A stretch of 64,000 nt of DNA from the human T2T-CHM13v2.0 reference genome, Homo sapiens (GCF_009914755.1 NC_060926.1); one strand, 5' to 3'. Positions 40,700 to 54,764 are shown, counted from the first letter of the stretch. A program made the numbers and translations. The notes: generated by a model not told the origin, from the sequence alone.

Positions 40700-43090
40700 C
40701 AGGCAGGTCTCAAAGAATTTCCCATGATAAAATTCCAAAAAATATAGGCTCGTGATCAAAATTTAAAAAACACATAGGAAATAAAGTCCCATAAGCAAAG
40801 AGAAACAAGGCAGCAGACCCACAAAGCTCTCGAATACTAAAATTATCAAACATGGGATACAAAAGTAGTATGTTTTAAGTGTTTAAAGAAATAAGAGACT
40901 AAATATGTAAAGAGCAAGGCACTATTAAAAGTGACCGAAAAGTTCTGAAAAAGTCACAGAAAGAAATTTGAGAAATTTAAAAAAATCATTAAAGTCAAGG
41001 GATACAATTAAAAGCAGGTTCAACAAAGCTTAAGAGAGGATTAGTAAACTCAAAGATAAACCTGAAAAAATTATCCAGAATCCAGAATATATTATAAAAA
41101 GACATGAAAAATATGAAAAAAAGCTTAAAAATATGATAATAAGAAATATCCAGATCCAGATTCCAAAAGGAGAGAAGAGAGCGAATGAGGCAGAGGAAAT
41201 ACCTGAAGATATTATGGTAAATGTTTTCCAGGATGGATGAAAGATCCAACTTAAAGATTTAAGAAGTCTGACAAATTCCAAGTAAGATTAAAAGAAGTGG
41301 ATTTCTAAACATTATCACAGTGAAGGTGAAGAACACCAAAGACAAAGACAAGATCTTTAAAGTAGCTAGAGAGAAAACCCTTTTTAAATAACTTCTCGGT
41401 GGGGGGTCAGCCCCCCGCCCGGCCAGCTGCCCCGTCCGGGAGGGAGGTGGGGGGGTCAGCCCCCCACCCGGCCAGCCGCCCCGTCCGGGAGGTGAGGGGC
41501 GCCTCTGCCCGGCCACCCCTACTGGGAAGTGAGGAGCCCCTCTGCCCGGCCAGCCGCCCCGTCCGGGAGGGAGGTGGGGGGGTCAGCCCCCCGCCCGACC
41601 AGCCGCCTCGTCCGGGAGGTGAGGGGCGCCTCTGCCCGGCCGCCCCTACTGGGAAGTGAGGAGCCCCTCTGCCCAGCCAGCCGCCCCGTCTGGGAGGGAG
41701 GTGGGGGGTCAGCCCGCCGCCCGGCCAGTCGCCCCGTCCGGGAGGGAGGTGGGGGGGTCAGCCCCCCGCCCTGCCAGCCGCCCCGTCTGGGAGGGAGGTG
41801 GGGGGTCAGCCCCCTGCCCGGCCAGCCGCCTCGTCCGGGAGGTGAGGGGCACCTCTGCCCGGCCGCCCCTACTGGGAAGTGAGGAGACCCTCTGCCTGGC
41901 CAGCCACCCCGTCCGGGAGGGAGGTGGGGGGGTCAGCCCCCCGCCCGGCCAGCCACCTCTTCCGGGAGGTGAGGGGCGCCTCTGCCCGGCCGCCCCTACT
42001 GGGAAGTGAGGAGCCCCTCTGCCCAGCCACCACCCCGTCTGGAAGGTGTGCCCAACAGCTCATTGAGAACGGGCCATGATGACAATGGTGGTTTTGTGGA
42101 ATAGAAAGCGGGGAAAGGTGGGGAAAAGATTGAGAAATCGGATGGTTGCCGTGTCTGTGTGGAAAGAAGTAGACATGGGAGACTTTTCATTTTGTTCTGT
42201 ACTAAGAAAAATTCTTCTGCCTGGGGATCCTGTTGATCTGTGACCTTACCCCGCAACCCTGTGCTCTCTGAAACATGTGCTGTGCCCACTCAGGGTTAAA
42301 TGGATTAAGGGCAGTGCAAGATGTGCTTTGTTAAACAGATGCTTGAAGGCAGCATGCTCGTTAAGAGTCATCACCACTCCCTAATCTCAAGTACCCAGGG
42401 ACACAAACACTGCGGAAGGCCTCAGGGTCCTCTGCCTAGGAAAACCAGAGACCTTTGTTCACTTGTTTATCTGCTGACCTTCCCTCCACTATTGTCCTAT
42501 GACCCTGCCAAATCCCCCTCTGTGAGAAACACCCAAGAATGATCAATAAAAAAATAAATAAATAAATAAATAAAAATAAAATAAATAACTTCTCAATAGC
42601 AAAACAAAGCTGAGAGACTATAGTCTCAACCTACAGCTATAAACTCAGCAAAAATATACTCAAACAATAACTGGGAGATAAAAGATACTTTCAGATGAGA
42701 CTGCCACCAACAATCCCTCACTAAAAGCAATTCTTAAGGATGTTCTTCGGGCAGAAGAAAAGGCCTAATATGTAAGAGGCAATCATAACCAAAGAAAGAG
42801 GTAGATATGTGGGTAAGTTTGTATATTAAAATCATTTGGGTAATTACTTAAAAAATCAAAATAGTGTTTAAGTTCCAAACAGGAATATGGAATGAAACAC
42901 ACGGTAATTATTTATCAAGAATAGTAATGATTTCCACCTTGAATTCCTAACTGGAAAAAAGAAAAAAATGAAAAGATATTAACAACAACAACAACAGAAT
43001 AGTAATTACTTATGCATGGTAGATACCTGCAGTGAGTTTTAAAAATTTCTTTATGTGAACTTTTCTGTATTTTTAAAAGCCTTGATAATG
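40700..43090 (+). mobile_element. Old L1M (ORF1 region onward) interrupted by the SVA
   Basis: A-rich degraded ORF1-like text (ttccaaaaggagagaagagagcgaatgaggcagaggaaatacctgaag; gaacaccaaagacaaagacaagatctttaaagtagctagagag) resumes after the SVA (aaagatactttcagat...tcttaaggatgttcttc). Confidence 0.7.
41398..42581 (+). mobile_element. 5'-truncated SVA retrotransposon (SVA_D-like): VNTR, SINE-R and (TAAA)n tail, antisense to GTDC1
   Basis: GC-rich VNTR (gccccgtccgggagggaggtggggggtcagccccccgcccggcca / cccctactgggaagtgaggagcccctctgcc) to about 42045, then SINE-R ending cccaagaatgatcAATAAA (42545-42550). TSD (t)aaataacttctc at 41385-41397 and 42582-42594. Confidence 0.97.
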
Positions 43091-43334
43091 AACATTATTA
43101 ATGTTTATGTGAAAAGTTACTTATTCTATTTCTCCTTCATAACATTTATCACGGCAAATTTTTATTTGATTAATATGTACTGTAAGCTCCAAGTGAACAG
43201 AGACTGTGTGTGTGATTTTTCCTCATCATTACATCTTCAGTGCTTGATTCACTTCCTGATGGTAGTATATACTCAAAAAGTATAAAATGAATGAACGAAC
43301 AAATGAATAACTTCATAGTGATTGCACATGGTGC

Positions 43335-43812
43335 TTGCATAAGCTTGAAAAATGGCCCCCCAAAAGACATCTGCATCTTAATCCTTGGAACTCATGAATG
43401 TTACCTATTACATGGCAAGCAAAAAAAAAAAGGGGGGGGGACTTTGCAGATATGATTAAGCATCCTGACACAGGGAGATTATCTTCGAACATCTGGGTGG
43501 GCCCTCAATCCAATTGCATGTATTCTTATAAGAGGGAAGCACAGGGAGATTTGACACAGACCAAAGAGGAGAAAGCAATGTGACTGGAGGCAGTGAATGG
43601 AGTGATGCAGTCACAAACTGCAGATTGATTGGTGGCAGCTATCAGAAACTGAGCCTCTGGAAGGAGTGAGGCCAAGCTAACACCTTGATTTCAGCCTGGG
43701 GATACTGAATTCTGACTTCTGGCCTCCAGAACTGTAAGAGAACAAATTTCTGTTGTTTTAGGCTGCCAAGTTGGTGGTAATTTGTTACAGCAGCCATAGG
43801 AAGCAAATATAG
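43335..43812 (+). mobile_element. MLT1C/D-like MaLR LTR
   Basis: aatggccccccaaaagac...gactttgcagatatgattaag...gacttctggcctccagaactgtaagagaacaaatttctgttgtttta...tttgttacagcagccataggaa. Confidence 0.85.
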
Positions 43813-44339
43813 TGTTCAAGTGAAGAGGAATCAAACAAGGTAATAATTTGGAGCTGAATGTGAGGGAATAAATGTACCACTCATAAACAGGAGTATAAAA
43901 GAGTTTAGGGGAAAAAAAGCAGGGGTTTGCATTTAGATGTGTTTTATTTTAGAAAATGGCAAGGACACTGGAAGTATATGGAGGCCATATACCCATCTCT
44001 CTTCCTGTACTATGGGCTCCTAAAGGTTATACATTTTATCTTTGAATTCCTGGTAGCTCCCCAACATAGAGCCATTCAATACATGTTTGGGATAACAGGC
44101 CAATTAAGATTGACTTTTTATGCTGAAGACACTTGAAAGAATGCCCTATATCAGGTTTATGGATAACAAGGAGATTTTACACATCCAGACTACATTTAAT
44201 TCTGATTATGGTGGATAATCAAGAGTTGACTATATCTAGTACACAGTACGGTGCCTGGCTTTAGAAGAAGTAGCTCAATAAACATTTTTAAATGAATGAA
44301 TGAATCTAAGAAAAAATTAGTAGGTATTTAAAATGTGAT

Positions 44340-44937
44340 CTGCCTGTTTTTAAAAAACTTAAACATGTATTTATTAGATAACTCAGTGATTCCACTGCTA
44401 GGTATCTAACCCCCCCAAAGTGAAAATATATGTCCACATAAAGACTTATATGCAAATGTACCAAGAGCATTATTCTTAACAGCTAAAAAAGTGAAAACAA
44501 TCCAAATGTCCATCATATGACAAATGAATAAGCAATAGGTGTTATACCCATATAATGGAATATTATTCAGCATTAGAAAGGAAAGGACTACTGATACCTG
44601 CTACAACATGGAAGATCCTCAAAAACACTATTCTAAGTGATAGAAACCAGACGTAAAAGACCACATATTGTATGAATCAATTTACATGAATATTCAGAAA
44701 AGGCAAATCTATAGTGAAAGCAAGTAGATTAGTGGTTTCCTGGGTCAGGGGTGAAAACAGGGTTTGACCTTAATAGGGCAGGAGAATTCCTTCTAAGGTG
44801 ATGGAAATGTTCTAAAACTGGACTGTGGGATAGTTGTGCAACTCTGTAAATTTACTAAAAATCGCTGAATTGTATATTTAAAGTGGGTAAATTTTTTGAC
44901 ATATAAATTATACCCCATTAAAGCTGTTTTTAAAACA
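44340..44937 (+). mobile_element. L1MB-like 3' end
   Basis: caatccaaatgtccatca, tataatggaatattattcagc, ggtgatggaaatgttctaaaactgga...taaattataccccattaaagctgtt. Confidence 0.85.
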
Positions 44938-46089
44938 GTAATGTGCTTAAAAATATGACAATTATACAGGCAGAAAGTGCTTTTTACCAAATCATATCTT
45001 TAAAACTATATCACTCCTGCTAAAATCTTTAGTGAAGGCTCATGGCAGCCATCTTGTTAAAAACGGAAATAATTTGTGATATTTACAGTGTGGGTGCTTG
45101 ATGTAAGAGCCTCAAAAAAAATTCCATCCAGGTTTAGTAATACTCTAACTAACAATCATAAAAATGTGAAGGGACATTTGGTAGCCTTTTATAGACTTCA
45201 TTTACAAGGCAGATGCTGCTCCTTAGAAGTGTTTGCTCTGTAGTTTAATTCCATTTTTCTGTACAGTATGTACTTGTTTTGGGTAGGCTGAAAATGAAGA
45301 TGAAAAAAGATGACTTTATTTAGCTATTTCTTTTCTTTTTTTCTAGGAGAGTTAAGAAAAAATTGATTTTAACCAATAAGAGACAGTGGGCAAAAGTGAG
45401 AGTCCCGTGTGAGCTAATGAAGTACTCTATATTATTTGCTACTAAGAATAGCTAATGTTTAGTAAGTGCTTACTCTGTGCCAGGAACTGTGCTAACGCAA
45501 TTACATATATCATCTTCTTTAATCCTCAGAACAATTCTGTAATGTAGTTAACATTATTCCCATCATATAAAGAAGAAAACTGAAGTTAGAGAGTAGATAA
45601 CTTGACTGAAGGCACAAGGCTGGTAACTGTGACAGCCAGGACTTACACAGAGACTCAGAACCTACTATGCTATAACTATAACTAGGCTATAATTGCTGCC
45701 TATAGAATTAGTAGAAATATAATGTTTAAAATCAGGAAGCTTAAAATATATTTTAAACCTGTTTTAAAGGAATTGTACATATCTACGCTGATAACTCCCA
45801 AATTTCTGTCTTTAGTGTTGACTGCTCATCTAAATAACAGACTTGAATATCAGCTTCCAACTTGAAATCTCCACGTGTCTAGAAGATCTCTAACTTAGTA
45901 TGTCCAAATGCAAACTTTAAAAATCGAACTCCCCAAGTGTTCTCCATCTCAGTAAACAGCACCTTCATTTATCCACTTACTCAGGCCAAAATCTTCAAAA
46001 TATATCCTGACCACTTATGATCACCACTGCTACTACCCCAGTCAAACCACCACTATATTGTCTGGATTATAATAGCAGCTTTCCACATC

Positions 46090-46475
46090 CACTAAGGTAG
46101 GTTCACTACATTAAATGGGTTAAAAAAATGTAAAAGGCTCATGTAAGAGTACTAGGCAGGTGGGGAGATCAGAAGGGCAGTCCTCTTCCACATAGCTGTT
46201 TAAGGTCCCAAGCCAAAGGAGAAACTGTCATCTTCAACAAGTGCATTCTATGTCTGTCCAGCGAGGAGGAAGAAAGAACATGGGAGAAAGTGGGTGAGAA
46301 ATTCTTATGGACCAGGCCTGGAAGTGGCCCACATCACTTTTTTCTATTACATTTATTGGCTAAGAACCAGTCACGCAGCCACCCCAAGCAAACAGCAATA
46401 CAGGCTGGAAAATGTGGTCTGTGTTCCTAAGAAAAAGAGAGAAATTTGGGGGGATAGCTAACAGTTTCTTCCATA
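46090..46475 (-). mobile_element. Old MLT1-type LTR remnant
   Basis: caggcctggaagtggcccacatcactt...ttattggctaagaaccagtcac...ggctggaaaatgtggtct. Confidence 0.6.
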
Positions 46476-48038
46476 TCTCCTCATGCTAGGACTCTGGCTC
46501 TTGGGCAATGATTCTGAAACTGGGGAAACAATTTCTCCATTAAAACTGTTCTTGTTAAAATCAAGAATTGACTATGGTAGGTGAAGAGGGGCAGTTACAT
46601 AAGGCTCACGTCTAATTTTAGACTGGAAACAAATGCTTCTCTAAGGAAGGTGAGTGGTGCCACCTAATACAGTAATTTTCTGCCAAGTTTGAGGGTAAGT
46701 GGCAATATATATGATACTAACAGAGGTTTACTAGAGTTGCATTTTCTAAGGAAGTATCAGAGGGCCTGGTTTCACTTATATAACAGGACAATGATTTTTG
46801 AGGGGTGAAAACATATACACCGAACCACTAATCAGTTAAAGGAGAGTTGCACATTTCTTTTGGTGGGGAAAGAAATGACAAGAGTTCCATACTAAGTCTC
46901 TGGGGTCAATCAATTAATTTTACATGATTAGGAATAGTTTATATAGCATGTAGGTGGAGGGAGGAAAATTTTAATGATTTAGTTTTTCAGTTGAAGAGAC
47001 ACAGTATTTTAGGGGATGAAGTTGGTAAGAGCACCTTTTTGCTTTTGTTCATGTTTACAAAGTTACCACAAGTGAAAAAACTGGTAAGAAGTGGTTTCAA
47101 TGGAGGCAGTACAGTAATGAAGATAAAACAGGATTCTGGGCAATAAATCTTTTTCTACTCTGTAAATACCCCCCTTTCAACATAAAGGCTCTTTAAAGAA
47201 GTAAGAAAACAAAGCTTTCAGAAGGGGCTTGATACATTATTTATGAACTTATCAAGTGAAAAAAGCACCCACTCAGACATTTTAATAAAAACTTTCAACG
47301 AATGTATCTAATTTTATTGGTATTTTTAAAAGCCAATTATGAAGTGGAAAGTTATTGTTTGTTAAACTGCTATACGGCTTTCTGCAAATAGAATGTTTAC
47401 AAATCACTTGGAATCACTTTTCCAAAGTTTCAGTTTCTGAAGGTCAAATAACTATGTAACTGCTTAATAAAGAAGCAAAGAAATACCTCTAAATGTCTCT
47501 CAGCTCTGATGGGCTTATACTCCGCTCCTTAGGTGAGGTATTAGCAAAGCTTATTTATTTTCATTTCCAAGGCTTTTATTTGCTCATTCCCTTGTGGTAA
47601 AGCTGATTTCCATGATGATTCCCTTCTTAATTTTAATACCCTTTTTACTCATCATATAGACATAAGAATTTTCCATAAAATAATGAAATCCTTGCAAAGG
47701 AAATGAAGACAACTCAGAGAGTAAAGTAAACTAGCTCTTTTTTCAATTAATTGATCCACTGTCATGTGCATATAAGATTTTTTTAAACCTAGGAAAATAA
47801 GGTTAATTAACATAAAAAAGCCTCACTCATCTAGATGCTGAATTTTGTATTTTACCCATGCTACCTTAAGTGCCTTGATTTCCCAGTAATGACCTAGTTC
47901 TCCTAATGAGGAACATTAACCCCTGGCTGTAGCTGTCCAGGACTTAATTGTCAACTGCAGCTGAAATAGGGGAGTTTGCCGATCAGCAGGTATGCGGTAT
48001 ATCAACTCATGTCATTTCAACCCCTAATAAATAAATCT

Positions 48039-48052
48039 GTTGCTAAGGCAAC
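48039..48052. promoter_or_regulatory. RFX X-box-like motif GTTGCTAAGGCAAC
   Basis: 12/14 match to the palindromic consensus GTTGCCATGGCAAC, in unique sequence. Confidence 0.55.
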
Positions 48053-49595
48053 AGGAAGATCAGCTATATCAGTATTCTTCCCTCCCTGTAACCAGCTCCC
48101 CACCGCCTCTTTTGGAGGAAACTGCCTTTCACACCAAGCTTAAGAAAAAAGAAGGAAATTAACTACATGTAACCATAATTAGAAGTAACATCAATTCTCA
48201 TCTCAGAAACATATCTAAATTAATAAAAAAGGACAGCAAAAAGAGAAATGCTTTTGACTAAGATCACAATAAATTATTTCCTTCAACAGGACACAGGGAC
48301 TATGAGTATACATCTGAGTAAGAACAAACCTTAAACATTTTGTTTCTCTGTTTCTGAATTTTCCCTTCTTTTGTTTAACCAACAAATGATGCTAGGCCAA
48401 ATAATGCTGAAATAGCTAATGAGTTGCATAGCCAATAAAGACGACAGAAGGGGGGGGAAAGCTTACATAATTTGTAGTAGTTACTGCTGTGCTACCTTGG
48501 AATTTTTTGGTATGACTGACCGAGTAAAAAAAAAAAAAATAAATGAAAACCTTCCTGGGTAATCTAGAAAAGCTATTGGATCTCATTCACTTAGGATTTC
48601 ACATAAGAGTTTAAAAAGTGATTTCAATGGATTGTTTCAAAACGACTTAACACCTGGATTATGGTGGAGGGGTAGGTTAAAAAATAATCTACAGGGATCT
48701 TCACTTCTGGATTTATTTTTCCATAATAACTTAGAAATTACTTTGGTTTTAACCAGTTTGAGCTTTTCTTCCTAACCATTACCACTCTTCTGTTAAAATG
48801 CATTATTCTATTTTAACAAAATCTTGAAGGCTTTGTATTTACAACGCCTATAAATGCATTTCATAAAAGAAAACAAACCAAGAAACCATAGGCTTTGTAA
48901 AAGCAATGCTGATCACATGACCGTGTCTATCTGTCATTCGATAAACTGAATTCTTCCCACGAAGAGAGACATAACCTCAACTGGACTTACTGAGCAGGTG
49001 AAGGTCAATTACCAAACAGTCACCCTATAATTCATTAACATTAAGTAACATTGACTAAGTACCCCTAATTGCCAGGCACTCTGGTTAGATGCATGGAAAA
49101 AATTCCCCCTAAACAAAAAAGTTTCTGTCTCTGTCCTGAAAAACCTTAGAACCTAAAACAAATGCCACCATTGAAAACATGAAATGAGTAGGGCTAGGAG
49201 GCATGTGGAAAGTGCAAAGTTCTGTTACATGTTTATGTGGTACACTGCACCGCACAGTGCCTTCGGTGCGTGGACATTCACAGTCAGGGGGATTAACACT
49301 TCACCAGAATTTAAATCAGGGAAGATGTCTGTGGAAGGCAGAGGACTACAAGGCATCACTAGAGAAATATAATGATGACTACCATCATGGAAAGGCAGGT
49401 AACACCACACATTAAGAGAAACAGGAGGAATATTAGCCTTAAAAAAAAAAGTAGAAAGGAGTAGGCTAATTAAAGAGAAGTTAGGTCTACTAGGATGGTG
49501 TGGAAAAAGGCTTAGTGACCGGAAAGGAGAAATATATTTAAATTCACACACAATCATGTATATAACATAAAAATATATAGCAAAGAAACAGATGA

Positions 49596-49652
49596 TCTAC
49601 CAATCCACCTATCCACCTGTCCATCCATCCATTCATCCCTCCATCCATATCA
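49596..49652. repeat. Degenerate (CCAT)n tetranucleotide repeat
   Basis: ccacctatccacctgtccatccatccattcatccctccatccat. Confidence 0.75.
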
Positions 49653-51952
49653 CCTAGCTATCTACTTCCCAACTCACCCACCCCTGACTATGATGTTAAG
49701 TGAAGTCCACTGTAAGAATCTGATCAAAAGAATGGTGACAGAGGATGCAAAGGCAGATGTGGGTCCTGAGCAGTTGAAGATGACTGTCATAAGCATACCA
49801 TAATGAAACAGCGTCTTTTGCAACAATTAGTATGTTTACAAAACAAATCATGCTTAGTGAACTTTTTAACCATGTTGGGCAGGAAAAGGGCAACAAGAGC
49901 TTTAGTTTATGATATTCTATTATAACAGTACCAAGATTGTGACTGCTATAGGTAGAAGTTCTTTATGCTGACATGGTGTGTTAAAATGTTAAAAACAATC
50001 CAAGAGGCAATGAGAAACTAAATGTTGAATCTATATTTATTTTCCATATGTTCAATGATTTGGAAAACAGTCAACAAGGCACCAAAAATGGAATTTTGGA
50101 AATCATAAATGGGATTCTGGTGAGGCTCTTTCTTTGGCCATGGATTTCTTAGTATCTATTTTCTTACCACTAATTCAAAATCCTGAAATAGATTCCCATA
50201 GATTAATCTAATAGTGCTATGTCAGAGGATAAAATAAAACTGTAAGTCATATAGCACATGGTAATTTTAGCCAGATATTTGATTATAATTTTTCCCTAAA
50301 ATTCTAGTAAAATTCTTTAGAGAGCTTTTTGTTTTTTAAATGTCAGAATTCATTTTCTTTAAAGACAAAATTCTTTAAAGACAAAAACCAACCAAACAAA
50401 CTAACCAACAAATTTCCCCAAACACTCTAGGCATGAAAAATGTAACTAAAGAAAACTTATCACCAAATTGAGAATGACTATAAATAATTAGAACCTTATT
50501 ATTTCATGTGAGCTTTGACTAATTGATGGATAAACACAGAACTGGTTGAATGATCCCTTTCAAAGAGCTATTGGTCATTATTCCTACTCAATCTGAGAAC
50601 TAGCTACTTACAATAATTATAAGGAATATTTGTCTTATAACCTTATAAGGGTTACTTAACTGTGAAAACGAATAGTGCTAATGGAAAGCATCTATGGAAT
50701 CATCTTTTTTAGAGATCAGAACACGTAAGATGGATTCTCACAGGCATGAGGAAGTTTTGGTGGAGTATGCTGAAAAGCAGATGGCCAGAGCACGTGAACA
50801 TCTTTTCCAGAACCATTATTCTGTGACGATCATTCTTCTCTTAGAAAAACAGATTTACACATAACATTGAAATAGAACAAAGAACATTAGTGTCCAAAAA
50901 TTAGCACTTTGCCCTTCTGTTCACAGCCTAGCATGGCACCTGAAGACTGATTTCCAAAAGTACTATTCACCCCACACCATCCTCTGTCCTTCCCAAAGTA
51001 TTCTATTATAAGGTAATGACCAGTAAAGGCTGAAAGATTTAAGATGGCTTACTCACCATACTTTTCCTAAGTTATTTCAGCAATGAGAAAACAAAGGTAA
51101 GTTTATTCTGACCTGAAAAGCATATCATTCTAATCATCCAAAACACATCTTTTCAGAAGACTAGTCATTGATTGTGTTTTTGAAGTTATATTTTTAAACC
51201 TCAGAGAGTCAAAGGGTGAAACAGAGTAATTTATTTTAGTACCAAGTAATAAAGCATAATTTTCCATTTTATATCAATCATATATTTTGTTAGAAATTGC
51301 CAAAGTTTCTTGAAATATAGATGTCAAAGTCGTTCAATCTTATGGTACATGTTTTACTTCAGTGACTCACCTAAGTATGTTTCAAAACTGCTTTTAGTTC
51401 TCAATGATTGGACTTTTTCCTTTCTGAATTCACACTCTTTATATCAACTTTGCATAAGCTGATTTATCATTATTTTATGGAAAATGCTGCAAATACCGTA
51501 TAGCTCATAAAAAGTCATTCTACTTTAAGTGAAGAGCTTTGATAATTTCCCTATATCCCAAATGATGAGGTCATGGTAGAACTTATAACTGTAGCTACTC
51601 TAATAATTTCAAACTTTTTAACATGCCTCATGGCCCACTCCTTATTCTTCTTAACAAGAATGCATCCAATTATGGGCCAATTACAGGGGTTTTATGATCA
51701 GAGCAGAATTTCTTATATCATAGATCTGTATCCTAGGGCTTCCTAGCTACTTAGCCCATGTTGAGGCAAATTGTGTTTGGTCTGAGAGAGTTGACTTATA
51801 TAAGATAAACACTTGTTCACTGTCAAGTTTTAAGCCAAAAAAAAAAAATTAATATTCAGGGGAAAAAAATTTAGTCTATGAGAACTACAAATTAGGCAAT
51901 TCCAATGGCTGGTGGCAGCCATATTTACCTACGTCACATCGATTCCATTTGA

Positions 51953-53271
51953 CAGTAGTTTTCAAAGAGTAGTCTGAATTCCTGGGTGTATTCAAGACTT
52001 TTTCAAGGAGGCTGCAAAGTAAAACTATTTTCATAAGGATAACTAAAGATGTAATTTGCCTTTTTCACTGTGTTGACATAGGCCCTGATAGTGCAAGAAC
52101 AATGGTGAATAAAGCTGCTGTTGCCTTAACACAATTCAAGGCAATGGCACAAACAAGTCTGTTTTACTTAAGCATGTCATTGAAGAAGCAGTAAAATTTA
52201 TTAATTTTATTTAAGTTCATCCCCTCGATAGATATCTTTTAATAATCTGTGTAATAAAATGAGAAACACACATGCATACCAAGATACAATAGCTGTCCTG
52301 AGGAAAAGTATTTGTATGCTTGTTTGAGTTGTAAGCTAAACTAGTTGTCTTTTCATGAAACAGTGAGTTTATTTCAAAGAACAACTGACAGATAAACCAC
52401 AGTTAATCAGACTTCACTATTTGGCAGACATTTTCTCAAACATGAACCATGTGAACTTGTCACTCAAGGAGAAACAAGTGATAATATTTGTTGCAAAGAT
52501 AAATTTAAGCTTTTAAGGGAACATTAGAATTTTGAAAAATTGCATTTAAAATCTTAGCTTGACAGCTTCTCATTATTCAAAAATGTCTATGAGATCAATG
52601 GTGATATTAACAAATATGATTTTTTAAAATTGTATAATGAACTGTGTCAACATTTAGAAGATCTTCAATTTGGTGAACCTGTGTTTCCCAAATCACCAAT
52701 GCATGATGCTACAAAATCCATTCAAACTGCAGGTAATGGAGCATGAAGAAATCATTTATGTGGTTTCATATTCCACATTACAGCAAACCTTTAAGGAACT
52801 CCTACTTGTCAAGTTTTGGTATAGTATCAAAGAAGAATATCTACAATAATCTGAAGAAATCATTAAACATTCAACTTTTCCAGCTATATTTCTTTGTGAG
52901 GCAGAATTTCTTCATAAACTTCTACCAAAAGAAGATATTGCAACAAATTAAACACTTAAGCAGTTATAAGAATCCAAATATCTTCTACTTAGACATTATA
53001 GATTTTTTAAAATGTAATGTTGCTATTCTCACTGATTTTTTTGGGAGAATATAGTTAATTTTCATAAAAATACATTATTTATGTTAACATATATTTGGTT
53101 CTTTGTTATTTTAAAGGCTATAATGTAGATTTTAAAACTTTTTCCTCAGTTTTAATTTCTAATACAGTAAACATTGATAGGTATAATCCCAACAAACAAG
53201 AGCTCTTTGGTATCCCAATAATTTTTAAGAGTATGAAGGAGTCTTGAGACCAAAGAGTTTGAGAACTGTGG
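51953..53271. mobile_element. Charlie1-like hAT DNA transposon (non-autonomous, about 1.3 kb)
   Basis: Ends cagtagttttcaaa and tttgagaactgtg. Internal degraded transposase-like text (tatttggcagacattttctcaaacatgaac; ttctttgtgaggcagaatttcttc). Confidence 0.8.
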
Positions 53272-54764
53272 CCTTGAGAGAGTGATCTTTCAATATAGTC
53301 TAAACTTGTTTTTTTTGGTCCTTCCAGCAGTGTGTCTTTTATGCCCTTTATAATAATTATTAGAGAATGCTTACATAAAGGTTGGAACCTGGATTAATAT
53401 TACAACATTTGTATAGTATTTGGAAAGAAAATAGTTAAAAAAAAAAAAACCAAGCAGTGCCAATTGCAGCCTGTTTTTTACAGGTCTTTCTCTATAAGTT
53501 ATTTCTACTAACCGTGCCTTGCTATAGATGTTTATAACAAAACATTAAAGACTGGGTAGAAAGGAGAAAACAAATTACTCTGCAGAGAACCCAGCAACTC
53601 TGCTAAAATACTGTCAGTTATTTATCTACTGTCAGCAGATGTTGCACACTATAATCCTTGACAAGCTCAGTTTGAGAAAGAATGAGGAGAGGGGCAAGCA
53701 TTGCATTTAAGGGCCTGTTCTCATGCACAGACATTTTAACACAGATTTAAAGCCAGAATGTGTCTTCTAGAAAATGTCACTTTTGATTTTGATACATATT
53801 CTAGCAAGTAGGCTCTACATTTGGTTGGCTTAGTACGAGATATGTTAGAGGCTGACACTATATTTTAGACCATTCATGATCCCAGTGTGGAACTAACACA
53901 ATGAGGTCAGCATCACTTCATTTTTAGAGTTGGCTACTGCAACTGCATGATTTCATGGGCATATTTTTTTATGATAGAGGAGGGTTTTATTTTTGTTTTG
54001 TTAGGCAAGGTAATGACAAGATCTAAGAATCCAAATTGCCCTCTCCAGTGTTCCTTTCTCCTTTAGGTTTACATGGAAACAATCATCAATGCCTTCTCTC
54101 TGGTAAAGATACATGGCCAAGGTGAAAATGCAACAGACTTCCTGCTTCTAAAGAGCTTCCTGCAGGCTACTGTAAAGAAAACCCCCCTTTTCAAGCAGGG
54201 AGTTAAAGCAGCTCAAAATACTGACAAGAATATGTAAAGTACAAGGATGGGGGAGGCTCAAACTAAGGGGGTTGAACAAGAAACACAACCCTGGTCATTT
54301 GTAGTAGAAACCATAGTTTCCTTCTGAATACCATTCATTTTGACTGGTCAATTATACGATTTCCACCCATACGATCAGGGGTCTAAATAAATGTGTGCTT
54401 GTAGCTGGGGATGTTTGATGAATGCTGAACCAGAATCTTAATTTTCTAATTCATATTCACCAATTAAAAATAAACTGTATTTTTATGAGCAAATTTACAT
54501 AAATCAGATGATAAAGCATCTACCACTAAAGGGTAGGAGTTCAGCTCACAACATTTGCATAAATTCTCCTAAAGAAAATATAGGCGTTTTAGATTTTCAT
54601 TGAAGAGTCTTGCTGCGATGGAACTCTAATGGGCTTAGAACAGTAAATTTTGAAGAAACTGATTGCTACCCCTGTAGCTAGTAAATGTCTGCCTAGACCC
54701 AGTGGCATTTGAAAAAAGTGTTTTATCATAAAATTATCCCAGCAGAGTCCATTCTGCAAGATAA

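Noticed and set aside
41398-42045. Regular repeats resembling a CRISPR array or CpG-island promoter
   Set aside because: Tandem SVA VNTR units with no unique spacers, in eukaryotic DNA.
41259-42542. Cluster of overlapping Pro/Gly/Arg-rich ORFs
   Set aside because: They are translations of the SVA VNTR and SINE-R, not genes.
49243-49272. Alternative short stems (gcaccg/cggtgc, cactg/cagtg)
   Set aside because: Too short to support an RNA gene; no tRNA, snoRNA or miRNA architecture.
52743-53054. 103-aa ORF inside the Charlie element
   Set aside because: Degraded transposon sequence with no intact transposase frame.
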